Source of the DNA: an uncultured Clostridia bacterium
Lineage (GTDB): Bacteria; Bacillota; Clostridia; TANB77; CAG-508
Assembly: GCA_934120675.1 (NCBI GenBank)
Contig: CAKOUU010000004.1
Span: forward strand, 9,918-73,917
Direction: 5' to 3'
Length of the DNA: 64,000 bases
Shown here: one piece after another, positions 10,475 through 19,535 of the stretch
Layout: the number at the start of each line of letters is the position of its first letter
How positions within the stretch are numbered: position 1 is the first letter of the stretch
Notes under the pieces: model-generated
What the model was told of the DNA's origin: nothing
The model's database searches: none
What the model saw: only the letters and a program-made list of their open reading frames with translations
Program-made: the position numbers and the translations under genes

Positions 10475-12301
10475 TTATTTTTCTTTCTTAAAATATTCGA
10501 TTTCATATTTATCCAATAAATCCATAGATATTTTTCCTTGCTTTAATGCTTCTTCTGCTGTCATTGCAACCCCATTTGGAAAATATACCATAACAACCTT
10601 TGTTTTTTGTGAAGGATAATAATACTCATATTTTTCGTCTTCAAAAAATTTATATTCTCCCCCTTGTAAATATTTGCTATAATATTTCTCTCTATCTGCT
10701 AAAGTTGTACTATCAAATATTTTAGTTTCATCTGTTTCTTCTATCTTTTCTAAAATGTCATTGTTATCTACTTTTAATGCAAAATACGGTTTATCAAAAT
10801 TTGCCTCTTTCATAAATATTATAAAAGTATCTTGAAAATAACAATATTTTGTATCTTGTCCTATTCCCATATATTCTGTAACCATTGTTGCTTTACTTGA
10901 TAAATTACATCCTCTTTCATTTAAATAAAAATTAACATTTTGTATAACATCATATATGTATAATCCTTTAGAATTTTTTATCTTTTTATCATATAATTGG
11001 TTGTAATTAATCATTCCATTTACCTTTACATATGGAACTCTTAGTTCGTCATCTTCTGAAAATTCTGTACGTCCTTTATAGTTTTTTGTTTTTGCTTTTA
11101 TGTCTTCATAATATTCGTCAAATGATTTTTTATCATCTGTTCTATAAAGTATTATTTCGTCTCCTTCTTTTGTTTTTAATTTTATAGCCATATCATTACT
11201 TAATAAACTACCATTATTTAATTTATTATAAAATAGAATTTCAACATTTTTATTCATTTTTTCTGAACTCGCATTATTTATTCCAAAATATTTAATATAT
11301 TCTTCACTATTTCCAAATGTCCATTTATAATCACTAAAATTGTCAAATGATTCTAAAAAGTTCAATTCTTTGTTAAGTGTAGCATCTATTTTGTATCCAT
11401 TTGTAACTGTTCTTTCTACATTTATTTTATAATCATTTGGATTCAACATTTCTTTTGAAAATGTACTTTCATTTAAATCATTTGCAATTTGTGGCATTTC
11501 ACCTTCTAATTCTATCTTATTTAATCCAATTTTATCTTCTAGTTCTTTCCATGCTAAATCTAGTGTTCCCACCCATAAATTATTTATTGTATTTTCATCT
11601 AGTGTACTTTGATATGATGGATTCATTGTAATATTATGATTTGTATTATTTTTTATATACTTATTATATATAACTGTTGTAGCATAGACTATTCCTGATA
11701 ATGCAATTGTTGTGCATATAATTATTACAAAAATTTTCAAAACTTTATTCATTTTATCAAATCCTTTCTTTAGCAGGATTTTTCTTAATTGTTTTTTTCC
11801 TCTATGTATTAAATTCTTTGTGTTTTGTAGAGTTTCTCCTAATATTTTAGATGTTTCTTCATAAGATAGTCCTTCAATATTTACGAGATAAATTGCATTT
11901 TTATATCTTTCATCTAACAATTCTATTGATTCTAATAGTTCTTTTTTACTTTCCTCTGTTGTAATAATATCTAATACATCTTTTTCAATTTGTTCATCAT
12001 CATTTGTAAGATATTTTTCTGTTATTTCATTTCTTCTTTTTTCTACATTTATATAATTTAGTGCTTTGCTTCTTGCAACAAGATATATATAGTATTTAAA
12101 AGAACTATTTTCTCTCATTTGGTGCTGTATAACGTATATAAAAGTTTCTTGAGCTATGTCCTCTGATTTTTGATAGTCTTTTACTATGTTATAAATAAAA
12201 TATTCAATTTTATTTTTGTATTTGTTATAAAGAATTTCAAATGCTTCTTTTTCTCCATTCAAATAATCATTGTACAATTTTTTATCTAAATCTTTCTCCA
12301 T
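10475..12301 (-). CDS. membrane-tethered ECF-type sigma-70 factor fused through one TM helix to a serpin-like extracytoplasmic domain
   Basis: aa 1-180 carry sigma regions 2 and 4 (EDIAQETFIYV; LSYEETSKILGETLQNTKNLIHRGKKQLRKIL). The TM helix is IFVIIICTTIALSGIVYATTVIY. The C-terminal ~390 aa show serpin-like blocks (INVERTVTNGYKID; LRVPYVKV; VNFYLNERGCNLSSKATMV; FQDTFIIFMKE). Confidence 0.6.
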   Translation of the reverse strand: MEKDLDKKLYNDYLNGEKEAFEILYNKYKNKIEYFIYNIVKDYQKSEDIAQETFIYVIQHQMRENSSFKYYIYLVARSKALNYINVEKRRNEITEKYLTNDDEQIEKDVLDIITTEESKKELLESIELLDERYKNAIYLVNIEGLSYEETSKILGETLQNTKNLIHRGKKQLRKILLKKGFDKMNKVLKIFVIIICTTIALSGIVYATTVIYNKYIKNNTNHNITMNPSYQSTLDENTINNLWVGTLDLAWKELEDKIGLNKIELEGEMPQIANDLNESTFSKEMLNPNDYKINVERTVTNGYKIDATLNKELNFLESFDNFSDYKWTFGNSEEYIKYFGINNASSEKMNKNVEILFYNKLNNGSLLSNDMAIKLKTKEGDEIILYRTDDKKSFDEYYEDIKAKTKNYKGRTEFSEDDELRVPYVKVNGMINYNQLYDKKIKNSKGLYIYDVIQNVNFYLNERGCNLSSKATMVTEYMGIGQDTKYCYFQDTFIIFMKEANFDKPYFALKVDNNDILEKIEETDETKIFDSTTLADREKYYSKYLQGGEYKFFEDEKYEYYYPSQKTKVVMVYFPNGVAMTAEEALKQGKISMDLLDKYEIEYFKKEK

Positions 12302-12367
12302 TTTTTACCTGCTTTCATTTATATATAACAGTAACATTAAATAAAGTTTCATATATAATAGCATAAA

Positions 12368-12392
12368 AGCAAGTGAGTATCAATCACTTGCT
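12368..12392 (-). terminator. intrinsic terminator (AGCAAGTG stem family)
   Basis: agcaagtga / tcacttgct stem with a 7-nt loop and a T-rich tail on the minus strand, downstream of the stop at 12422. Confidence 0.65.
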
Positions 12393-12421
12393 CTTAAACA
12401 TTTCTAAATACTTATTATAAA

Positions 12422-13438
12422 TCAGTCTAATTTTACAATCAATAATTGATTTGCATCAATTGAACTATCAATACTATTATACCCATATTCATAAGCCTCT
12501 CTTTCAGGAAAATACCTTTTTGTCAAGTATTTAAATGAAATCGAATTAATTTTTTTATTTATTGAATTTCTTTCATTCATAAAAAATATTCCATCTTTAA
12601 ATTCTAAATCAATTATTCTAATATAATCATCATATTTTGAATATATTCTTAAAAAGCCTTCTTCACCATTTTGAGATTTTTTTATTAGTTCATCAATTGC
12701 ATATTTATCATTTGACAATATATTGTAGTTTTCTTCTACAAAGCAACCGTCGTTCAGTGCATTTTCCACACTATAATTGTCTGGTAAAGAATCTAGACTA
12801 GCAAAATTATTAGTTTCTATCTTTGGATATTCAATAGTTATATTAGTTTTTTCTCTTAACAATGCCTTATCAATAATAGCATATAATGTTATAGTCGTTT
12901 TATTATAGTTTGGTTTTTCTTTTTGTTTTAACTTTATACAAGTTGTTGTTTCATCAGCGTTAACATCTGATATTGTTAAATCAGATTCATATGGTTGGCG
13001 AGAGCCCCAATTTCCAATAATAATCAAAAAATTATCATTAAAACTGTCTTGTGTCATTTCTGGTAATTCATTTATCTTTGTTTTGTATATATCATAATCT
13101 TCGATATTTGTTATTATTTTGTAATATAAATCAACTTTATCTGCATATATCATATCGTTTGAAAAATCGTTTGAAAAAGTGCATTCTTTTACAACAAAAA
13201 GTTGATTTGAATTTATTTCATTTTGTTTTTTTATATATTCATTGTAAATTTTATTACTAGCAAATACTATCCCTGTTGTTCCAAACAAAGAAATAATTAT
13301 AGCGGCTACAATTTTAAAAAAACTATTCTTTTTTATACTTTCTTCTTTTTTAATTTCCGATAAAATTACTTCATAATTATTATTTTTATTATAATATTTA
13401 TCTCTAAAATATTTTTGTAATTCTTTTTTATTCTTCAT
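12422..13438 (-). CDS. membrane-anchored anti-sigma-like protein
   Basis: ~338 aa with a short cytoplasmic N-terminus, the TM helix FFKIVAAIIISLFGTTGIVFA and a large ectodomain. Its start overlaps the end of the upstream sigma reading frame. ATG 13438 follows RBS GGGAGG. Confidence 0.6.
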   Translation of the reverse strand: MKNKKELQKYFRDKYYNKNNNYEVILSEIKKEESIKKNSFFKIVAAIIISLFGTTGIVFASNKIYNEYIKKQNEINSNQLFVVKECTFSNDFSNDMIYADKVDLYYKIITNIEDYDIYKTKINELPEMTQDSFNDNFLIIIGNWGSRQPYESDLTISDVNADETTTCIKLKQKEKPNYNKTTITLYAIIDKALLREKTNITIEYPKIETNNFASLDSLPDNYSVENALNDGCFVEENYNILSNDKYAIDELIKKSQNGEEGFLRIYSKYDDYIRIIDLEFKDGIFFMNERNSINKKINSISFKYLTKRYFPEREAYEYGYNSIDSSIDANQLLIVKLD

Positions 13439-13971
13439 CTTTTTCACCTCCCGAAAAATTTTTTCTTATTTTTTTTAACATTCTATATAAATTTGTTTTT
13501 ACTGTTGATTCATTTATTTCCATCTCTTCAGAAATTTGCTCAAATGTCATATCTAAAGCAAAATGCAAATAAAAAATTTTAGCTGTTTCAACATCTAATT
13601 GAATTATGTACTTCCAAATTTTATCTAAATTGTCTTTTGTAATAAAGTCTACTTCTATATTTATGCCGTGAATCTATATCAATTGTAAATTCTTCATTAT
13701 CATTTTCTCTATAAATAGAAATAACTTTTATTTTTTCATTTGATTTGTAATATTTTATTATCTTATTTTTGGCAATAGTTATAATGTATGCTTGATAATT
13801 TATAACTTCTTTTTTATCCTTTATTATCCTATATAATTCTAAATAAGTTTCTTGAATAATGTCATCTACATCATTAAGATTATTACATTTACATATTATA
13901 TATTTAAGTGTATTGTTATATGTTTCATTATATATTTTGTTAAATTTTTTTAAAAATTTATGAGTACCCAT
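13428..13971 (-). pseudogene. ECF-type sigma-70 factor interrupted by a +1 frameshift
   Basis: The region-2 ORF 13621-13971 (DDIIQETYLELY) and the region-4 HTH (MTFEQISEEMEINESTVKTNLYRMLKKI, stop 13428-13430) are in different frames. The junction window 13624-13673 contains an in-frame CGG at 13666-13668. Confidence 0.7.
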
Positions 13972-14091
13972 TTTTCTCCCTCCTATCTTATACGATATTG
14001 AAAAAATTGAAAAAGTTTCAAATTTATATAATATTTTTTATTGTACCATATTCTGTCTAATATTATCCTTAATTAAAAATAAACAGATAAT

Positions 14092-14336
14092 CTATTTTTT
14101 TAATTTTTGAAGTATTGTGCTTATGATTTCTTTGGTTTTTGGTTTATCTATAATGGTATATCCAAAATAATCAAATTTTAGTTTTTCTAATTCTTCTTTT
14201 ATTCTTGTTTTTATTGAATCTTTACTATATTCCTTTTGTTTTTCATCTGCTAAATCTCTTATTAAATTTTTTCTCTTTTTATAATTTCTATTGCTTCTAT
14301 TCCAGTTGAAACAGTAACTGTTTTATATTTTTCTGG
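14092..14336 (-). pseudogene. gene remnant, weakly CheY-receiver-like, internally frameshifted and lacking a start
   Basis: Reverse translation gives ALFPEKYKTVTVSTGIEAIEIIKREKI* and, in another frame, NLIRDLADEK...GYTIIDKPKTKEIISTILQKLKK*. No ORF of 60 aa or more. Confidence 0.3.
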
Positions 14337-14379
14337 AAACAGTGCCTTTATCGAATACAGTACATCTAGTAAACCTAAG

Positions 14380-14513
14380 CAGGGATTTGTAAATAAATCC
14401 GCATTACGTTACATTAATAGATATAACCAAACTGCTGTAGGCAGGGTTACATGTTATATGTCTCTTACCCAGCTGGTAACTCAACTAAATATGGATATAT
14501 TTACGCAAACTAA
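14380..14513 (+). pseudogene. C-terminal SH3b-like fragment of a cell-wall hydrolase gene
   Basis: QGFVNKSALRYINRYNQTAVGRV in one frame and GYMLYVSYPAGNSTKYGYIYAN* in another. There is no upstream coding body. A hairpin terminator follows. Confidence 0.35.
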
Positions 14514-14550
14514 TTAACATTAAGCATCAAAAACGTCCTCTATCAAAAAA

Positions 14551-14569
14551 GAAGTCCAGTTTGGACTTC
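14551..14569. terminator. bidirectional hairpin terminator (AAGTCCA stem family)
   Basis: gaagtcca-gtt-tggacttc is flanked by A6 and T6 runs. Confidence 0.6.
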
Positions 14570-14570
14570 T

Positions 14571-14672
14571 TTTTTCTACATTTATATAATTTAGCGATTT
14601 GCTTCTTGCAACAAGATATATATAGTATTTAAATGAACTATTTTCTCTCATTTGGTGTTGTATAACATATAT
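14571..14672 (-). repeat. ~100-bp duplicate of an internal segment of the sigma-fusion gene (paralogue remnant)
   Basis: 14571-14672 matches 12037-12139 with about 6 mismatches by eye. That segment encodes part of sigma region 2 (QHQMRENSSFKYYIYLVARSKALNYINVE). Confidence 0.8.
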
Positions 14673-14711
14673 TATAGTATAAGAGCAAGTGGACATTAAT
14701 CACTTACTTAT

Positions 14712-15368
14712 TTAATCATTTGTAACATCCCCATTACCACTGACAGGAATTGTTTCTCCTAAGTATGTAGGTTCTGGCTTAAATATACATTTTATAAAAT
14801 CTTTATCTCTTGCCAATATTTCTCTTATTTCTCTATATGTTGCTCCTACATATTGTCTTGGATCTGCTCCAACTCCATATGCTTCTAAATCTAGTTGTTT
14901 TGCAATATATAATGCTCTATACAAATGATATTTTTGAGTTACTATAACAATTCTTTTTGCTTTAAAAATTGCTTTTGCTCTATAAATACTTTCATAAGTT
15001 GAAAATCCTGCATGGTCCATAAAAATATCTTCTGATTTAACTCCTCTTTCAATAGCATAGTTTTTCATTATATTTACTTCATCATATTCTGCTCTACCAT
15101 GGTCTCCACTCATTATTATTTTATTTGATACATTATTTTTATATAAATTTATTCCTTCTAATAATCTATCTTCTAGCATAGGACTAGGCTCATTATTCCA
15201 TATTCCGGCACCTAAAACTATTATACAATCTATGTTTGATAATTTTGTATAGTCTACTCCTTGCACTATTTGTTTATTAGTAGATTTTTTCACATATAAA
15301 TTTATACCTATAATAATTGTTACCATTATAATAATTGCAATTGTTCCATATTTTAATATTTTTTTCAT
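14712..15368 (-). CDS. SanA/YdcF (DUF218) family protein
   Basis: N-terminal TM helix followed by IIVLGAGIW...SPMLEDRL...IIMSGDHG...EYDEVNIMKNY...VIVTQKYHLYRALYIA. ATG 15368 is preferred after GGAG. Confidence 0.75.
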   Translation of the reverse strand: MKKILKYGTIAIIIMVTIIIGINLYVKKSTNKQIVQGVDYTKLSNIDCIIVLGAGIWNNEPSPMLEDRLLEGINLYKNNVSNKIIMSGDHGRAEYDEVNIMKNYAIERGVKSEDIFMDHAGFSTYESIYRAKAIFKAKRIVIVTQKYHLYRALYIAKQLDLEAYGVGADPRQYVGATYREIREILARDKDFIKCIFKPEPTYLGETIPVSGNGDVTND

Positions 15369-15399
15369 ATATCTTTTCTCCATATTTTTTATTTTGTAC

Positions 15400-15603
15400 C
15401 TAGTTCATTAGAAAATCAAATATGTTCATTGCTGCACTTGTTCCTGTTTTGTATAATTCCGTGTATCCGCATTTGGTACAACTAATTGTTATAAATTTCT
15501 TATTTTGAACATCAAAAATTTTCGAAAAATTTCCTCCAGTTGCCTGAAATTGGTCCTTTTCATATTCTTCATTTCCACATTTTGGACATTTCCATTTTTC
15601 CAT
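15400..15603 (-). CDS. zinc-ribbon domain protein
   Basis: 67 aa with two CxxC pairs (CPKCG ... CTKCG). Confidence 0.65.
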   Translation of the reverse strand: MEKWKCPKCGNEEYEKDQFQATGGNFSKIFDVQNKKFITISCTKCGYTELYKTGTSAAMNIFDFLMN

Positions 15604-15704
15604 TATATCATTACCTCCAATTACAATATTTTCTCACAAAGTTGTATGATTGTTTTTTATATTCTAACACAAAAAATATTTTCAAACAATCTATTATTAA
15701 AAAA

Positions 15705-15752
15705 AAGTCCAAACTGAACTATACCCCTAAAAGATAAAGTTCATACTGGACT
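15705..15752 (-). terminator. long imperfect hairpin terminator (AAGTCCA stem family)
   Basis: aagtccaaactgaact ... agttcatactggactt (13/16 pairs) followed by a T run on the minus strand, after the stop at 15758. Confidence 0.55.
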
Positions 15753-15757
15753 TCTTT

Positions 15758-16915
15758 TTATTTTTCTATAAGATTATATTGATCTTCCATTAATTGTGCA
15801 ACTTGTTCATTTGAACCATTCCATCTATTTCCACCAATAATTTCTCCTGTCGTTGCATCAACATAATAAACATATCTTTCTTGATAATACTCATTATAAT
15901 AATCATAATAAATTTTTACTTCCCAAACTTTTCTGACACGATTATCAACTTTGTAAAATTCTGCGTTATCTTTTATTTTATATGTTCCATTTTCATCACA
16001 TTCATAATTAATTGTTCCTTTATTGTAATTTTCTATATCTTTCTCTCTATATACAACATCTGCATTCATTTTATCGATACCAATTTGTGCTTCGGTAGTT
16101 GCTATATTATGCCTTGTTTCAATTTTTTTATCTCTTTCTGTTGCAATTCTTATTGCTTCCTCTTTTGTAATAATTTGTTCATTATTTTCATATTTTGAGT
16201 TTTCTATATTTAGACTATATAGACCATTAATTGTTGGTATCCACCCAATTGATATTTTTTCGTACTGATTATATAAATCTCCATATTTTTTATAAAAATC
16301 TGCATACCAAATATATGAAGCCTTATCATTTTCCATATTTCTATGAAGTGATACTAATTCGTATTCATCATTATTATTTTCTGGATTATATTTTGCTAAT
16401 AATTCTTTTGCCGTCTTTCTTGCTTCTTCTCTTGTAATTCCATAATTATATGGAATTTTATAATTATATGATGGAATATTTAAACTTTCAAAATTCCCTT
16501 TACTATCCATCTGCATTGTTCCTTTTGTGAACCCTATATCCCATATAACATCATTTCCTCGCCAACTTTTCATTAATCCTAGTCCGTTTATTTCATCTTC
16601 TAATCCTATTTTTCTTAAATATTCTTCTGCTTTTTTTCTGGCATCTTCCTCACTAATTGCATTTTCTTTATCTTTTTCAGTAATTTCATTAGATACTTTA
16701 TATGATTCAGGTTGTTTCCATATTTTATCATAAATGGCAGTTCCTGTTGCATATACTATTCCTGTTCCTATTCCTAATGTTATAATCGCTGCTGCAACAT
16801 ATTTTGAAATTTTATTTATTTTCGGCATTTCTTTTTTCTCCTTTGCAAATTCAGATACAGCTATTTTTATTTGTGATTTTTTTATAATGTTTTCTATTAT
16901 TTTATCTTCTTTCAT
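15758..16915 (-). CDS. membrane-anchored PepSY-repeat protein (putative anti-sigma partner)
   Basis: TM helix YVAAAIITLGIGTGIVYA followed by repeated PepSY-like units (ISEEDARKKAEEYL; ITREEARKTAKELL; ITKEEAIRIATE). Overlaps the 3' end of the upstream sigma gene. Confidence 0.6.
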   Translation of the reverse strand: MKEDKIIENIIKKSQIKIAVSEFAKEKKEMPKINKISKYVAAAIITLGIGTGIVYATGTAIYDKIWKQPESYKVSNEITEKDKENAISEEDARKKAEEYLRKIGLEDEINGLGLMKSWRGNDVIWDIGFTKGTMQMDSKGNFESLNIPSYNYKIPYNYGITREEARKTAKELLAKYNPENNNDEYELVSLHRNMENDKASYIWYADFYKKYGDLYNQYEKISIGWIPTINGLYSLNIENSKYENNEQIITKEEAIRIATERDKKIETRHNIATTEAQIGIDKMNADVVYREKDIENYNKGTINYECDENGTYKIKDNAEFYKVDNRVRKVWEVKIYYDYYNEYYQERYVYYVDATTGEIIGGNRWNGSNEQVAQLMEDQYNLIEK

Positions 16916-17460
16916 AACCATACCCCCTTTTTTCTAATTCATTCTTTAATTTTTTTCGTATTCTTGATAATCTTGATTTCACTTTAATTTGTGATAATTT
17001 TAATAAACTTGATATATCTTTTATTGATTTTGACTGATAATAATAATATGTAAAAATATTTTTATCTTCTTCTTTCATTTTTGTTAGTTCATTAGTTAAT
17101 ATATTTATTTTTTCGTTTTCTTCTATTTTAATATGTATATCATTATTTTTTTCATATAATAAATTTTCATATTCTTCAATATTTTCATTGTTATTTTTGA
17201 TATTATTTTTTCTTTTTAATATCAATTTTTTAGTTATTCCTGCTATGTATGGAGCAATCTCTTTATTAATGTCTAATTTTTCTTTGTTTTTCCATATTAC
17301 AAGAAATACATCTGATGCTATTTCTTCTATGTCTTCATTATTAAATACACATCCACTATTTTTTATTATCATAAATATATATCCGTGCAAAATCATTCAT
17401 TATTTTTTCCATATCAATGTTTCCATTAATAATATATTCTTTTATTTTTTTGTTTTTCAT
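16902..17460 (-). pseudogene. ECF-type sigma-70 factor interrupted by a +1 frameshift near its 5' end
   Basis: ATG 17460 (RBS AAGGAG) opens MKNKKIKEYIINGNIDMEKIMNDFA and then reaches CGG (17383-17385). The rest of the protein (GYIFMIIKNSG...EDIEEIASDVFLVIW... region 4 SIKDISSLLKLSQIKVKSRLSRIRKKL) is in the +1 frame. Confidence 0.7.
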
Positions 17461-17556
17461 TTTGCTTTAGAGCTCCTTTTTAGATATCTATTTATATATT
17501 ACCATTTTTTTGAAAAAGGTAACATTATTTTTTAATTAAATATTTTATAAAAAAAA

Positions 17557-17571
17557 GAGCCTTTGAGGCTC
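17557..17571 (-). terminator. intrinsic terminator
   Basis: gagcc-tttga-ggctc is followed by T8 on the minus strand, downstream of the stop at 17630. Confidence 0.6.
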
Positions 17572-17629
17572 AATATCAAAAAAATATTTATATAATAAAT
17601 AAAAATTTATTTATATTTGTTATTCATCA

Positions 17630-17857
17630 TTATTTTCCTTCTTCTGAAAATAAGAAATTACCATCTAAATTATTATCATTATTTTTTAATTCATCTAATT
17701 CTTTATATAAATTAGAAGTTACTTCACATTGATTCAAGAAGTCATTTAAATTTTTCTTTGCTTTGGCTCTCATGTCCAAGTATAGAATAGACATTATTAT
17801 TAAAGCAATAATCAATACAATTATTATCCCTCCAAAAACTTTATTTGACTTATTCAT
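17630..17857 (-). CDS. small membrane-anchored hypothetical protein
   Basis: 75 aa with one N-terminal TM helix. A terminator follows. Confidence 0.5.
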   Translation of the reverse strand: MNKSNKVFGGIIIVLIIALIIMSILYLDMRAKAKKNLNDFLNQCEVTSNLYKELDELKNNDNNLDGNFLFSEEGK

Positions 17858-17965
17858 AATTCCAAAAATCCCCCTTCTTTATTTTTCATAAATCGTTTTT
17901 AATATATCATTACTTAATAATATTTGCAAGATGCCAAACATGCAATTATAATCTACATTTCTATT

Positions 17966-18403
17966 TTATTTAATAAATTCAATAAAATAATAATCAGTAA
18001 AATCCTTTACTTTTTTTAGTTCATCAAATTCTAATATAAAATTTCTTTCTGATTTAAATATACTATCTTCGCAATGAGTAATGTAACAAATAGGTGTACT
18101 ACTATTTTCAATATGGCTTGAAAATGTTAAGTTTTGTTTTTTAAATTCCTGATTTAATTGCTCTATTGGCATTTTTGCCTTCACAACCAAAACTACACGA
18201 TATGTTGAATATTCTCCATTACCTCCCGAATCTCCTATTCCACTTTTTATTGTAACTTTTTCAATTCCTTCTGGTAATATAAAACTGGAAATTTCTTTTT
18301 CAAATTTTTTTAATCCTGTATTTGAATATAACCAATAACAAATAAATATCATTATAATTATAAATAAAATTGTTAATATAATCTTTTTTTTCATAAAATA
18401 CAT
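17966..18403 (-). CDS. hypothetical membrane-anchored protein
   Basis: 145 aa with an N-terminal TM/signal segment and no recognised motif. Confidence 0.5.
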   Translation of the reverse strand: MYFMKKKIILTILFIIIMIFICYWLYSNTGLKKFEKEISSFILPEGIEKVTIKSGIGDSGGNGEYSTYRVVLVVKAKMPIEQLNQEFKKQNLTFSSHIENSSTPICYITHCEDSIFKSERNFILEFDELKKVKDFTDYYFIEFIK

Positions 18404-18442
18404 TTTCCTTCTAAAATACTATTTTTTAATAATTTACTAATT

Positions 18443-18655
18443 TTAAAATTGTTTTTTCTTTCTTATACCAACATATATAGTAAAAGCAATTGTTGCCAAA
18501 CTTATAAATATAGAAATTTTAAATATATAATCATAGTTAAATGTATTATTATATAAATATTCTTCTATGTAATAATGTTGTTCAGTAGTATATAAATTAA
18601 CAGATTTGCTTTTACCATCACTATAATAAAAATTCAAACTTTCATAATCCCACAA
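18443..18655 (-). CDS. hypothetical C-tail-anchored protein (start uncertain, may begin at ATG 18725 in another frame)
   Basis: The 70-aa ORF starts at TTG without an RBS. Its frame stays open upstream to 18715 with no start codon, while a good RBS+ATG at 18725 opens only a 15-codon ORF in another frame. Confidence 0.4.
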   Translation of the reverse strand: MWDYESLNFYYSDGKSKSVNLYTTEQHYYIEEYLYNNTFNYDYIFKISIFISLATIAFTIYVGIRKKKQF

Positions 18656-18756
18656 TCCTTGCCCACATAATTCAATTTTAATAACAATATTTAGATTGTT
18701 TCTGAAATATTTCCGTTATTATCATAGTAATCTCCTATTTTGCTTATTATTTGCTT

Positions 18757-19083
18757 TTATTTTGTTAGTTGATAACTTTGTTCTATCAATTCTTTTACTA
18801 ATGTTTTGTCCACTTTTTCATCTACAATAATCGTATTCCAATGTTCTTTGTTCATGTGATAAGCAGGTATTATATAATCATAAGTATTTCTTAATATGTC
18901 AGAATAATCTGGATTTGTTTTCACATTAATATATAACTTATCATTAACGTTCATAATTAGAACAAACCATTTGTTATTTTTAATATGTTTCATTGTTACT
19001 GATTCAAAATCATTTGGAAATGGACAGTCTTTATATGTATCTTCTAATGTCAAACAATACTTTATTATTTCTTCTTTATTCAT
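18757..19083 (-). CDS. MmcQ/YjbR family DNA-binding protein
   Basis: 108 aa. CLTLEDTYKDCPFPNDFESVTMKH...KWFVLI...HMNKEHWNTI matches the YjbR-family pattern. Confidence 0.75.
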   Translation of the reverse strand: MNKEEIIKYCLTLEDTYKDCPFPNDFESVTMKHIKNNKWFVLIMNVNDKLYINVKTNPDYSDILRNTYDYIIPAYHMNKEHWNTIIVDEKVDKTLVKELIEQSYQLTK

Positions 19084-19180
19084 ATCTACATCCTTTTAAT
19101 ATATTTTTATTTATTTTAATACTTCTATGATATAAGACTTTTATGACTTCTAGTACTTAACTATCTTCCTTGTTTTTAAC

Positions 19181-19208
19181 ATTATAGCATAAAACATGAA
19201 TATAGCAA
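19181..19208 (-). promoter_or_regulatory. sigma-A type promoter with extended -10 (TTGCTA-N16-TGcTATAAT)
   Basis: On the minus strand, -35 TTGCTA is at 19208-19203 and -10 TATAAT at 19186-19181, preceded by TG. It lies about 95 nt upstream of the ATG at 19083. Confidence 0.45.
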
Positions 19209-19535
19209 AATATTTTTTTAATTTTTCTAATATTTTATTCATCTTTTCACCTCATACTTTATTTTAAAGAGTGCGATATCAAAAACAAAGTTGAGAAAAA
19301 ATTTGAGATAAAAAATAGCACTAGTTTTTAATTCTAGTACTATATGAATCCTTATTAAATATGAACTTTTATTTACTTATTTGCTAGCTAGTAAAGAAAA
19401 AGGAATTATATATTGACAATCCCCTTTTCAAAAAAATCAATCAGAAATATTCTCTTTTCATTTGTTTTACCTCCTTAACTAATTAGTTTACGAGTTACAC
19501 GCTAAATGAATACGTTTTATTTTGCATCTGCTATG

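Noticed and set aside
14330-14520. A GC-richer patch as a possible tRNA or small RNA gene.
   Set aside because: No cloverleaf, T-loop (GGTTCGAAT-like) or CCA features are present. The sequence translates into a two-frame SH3b-like protein remnant followed by a terminator.
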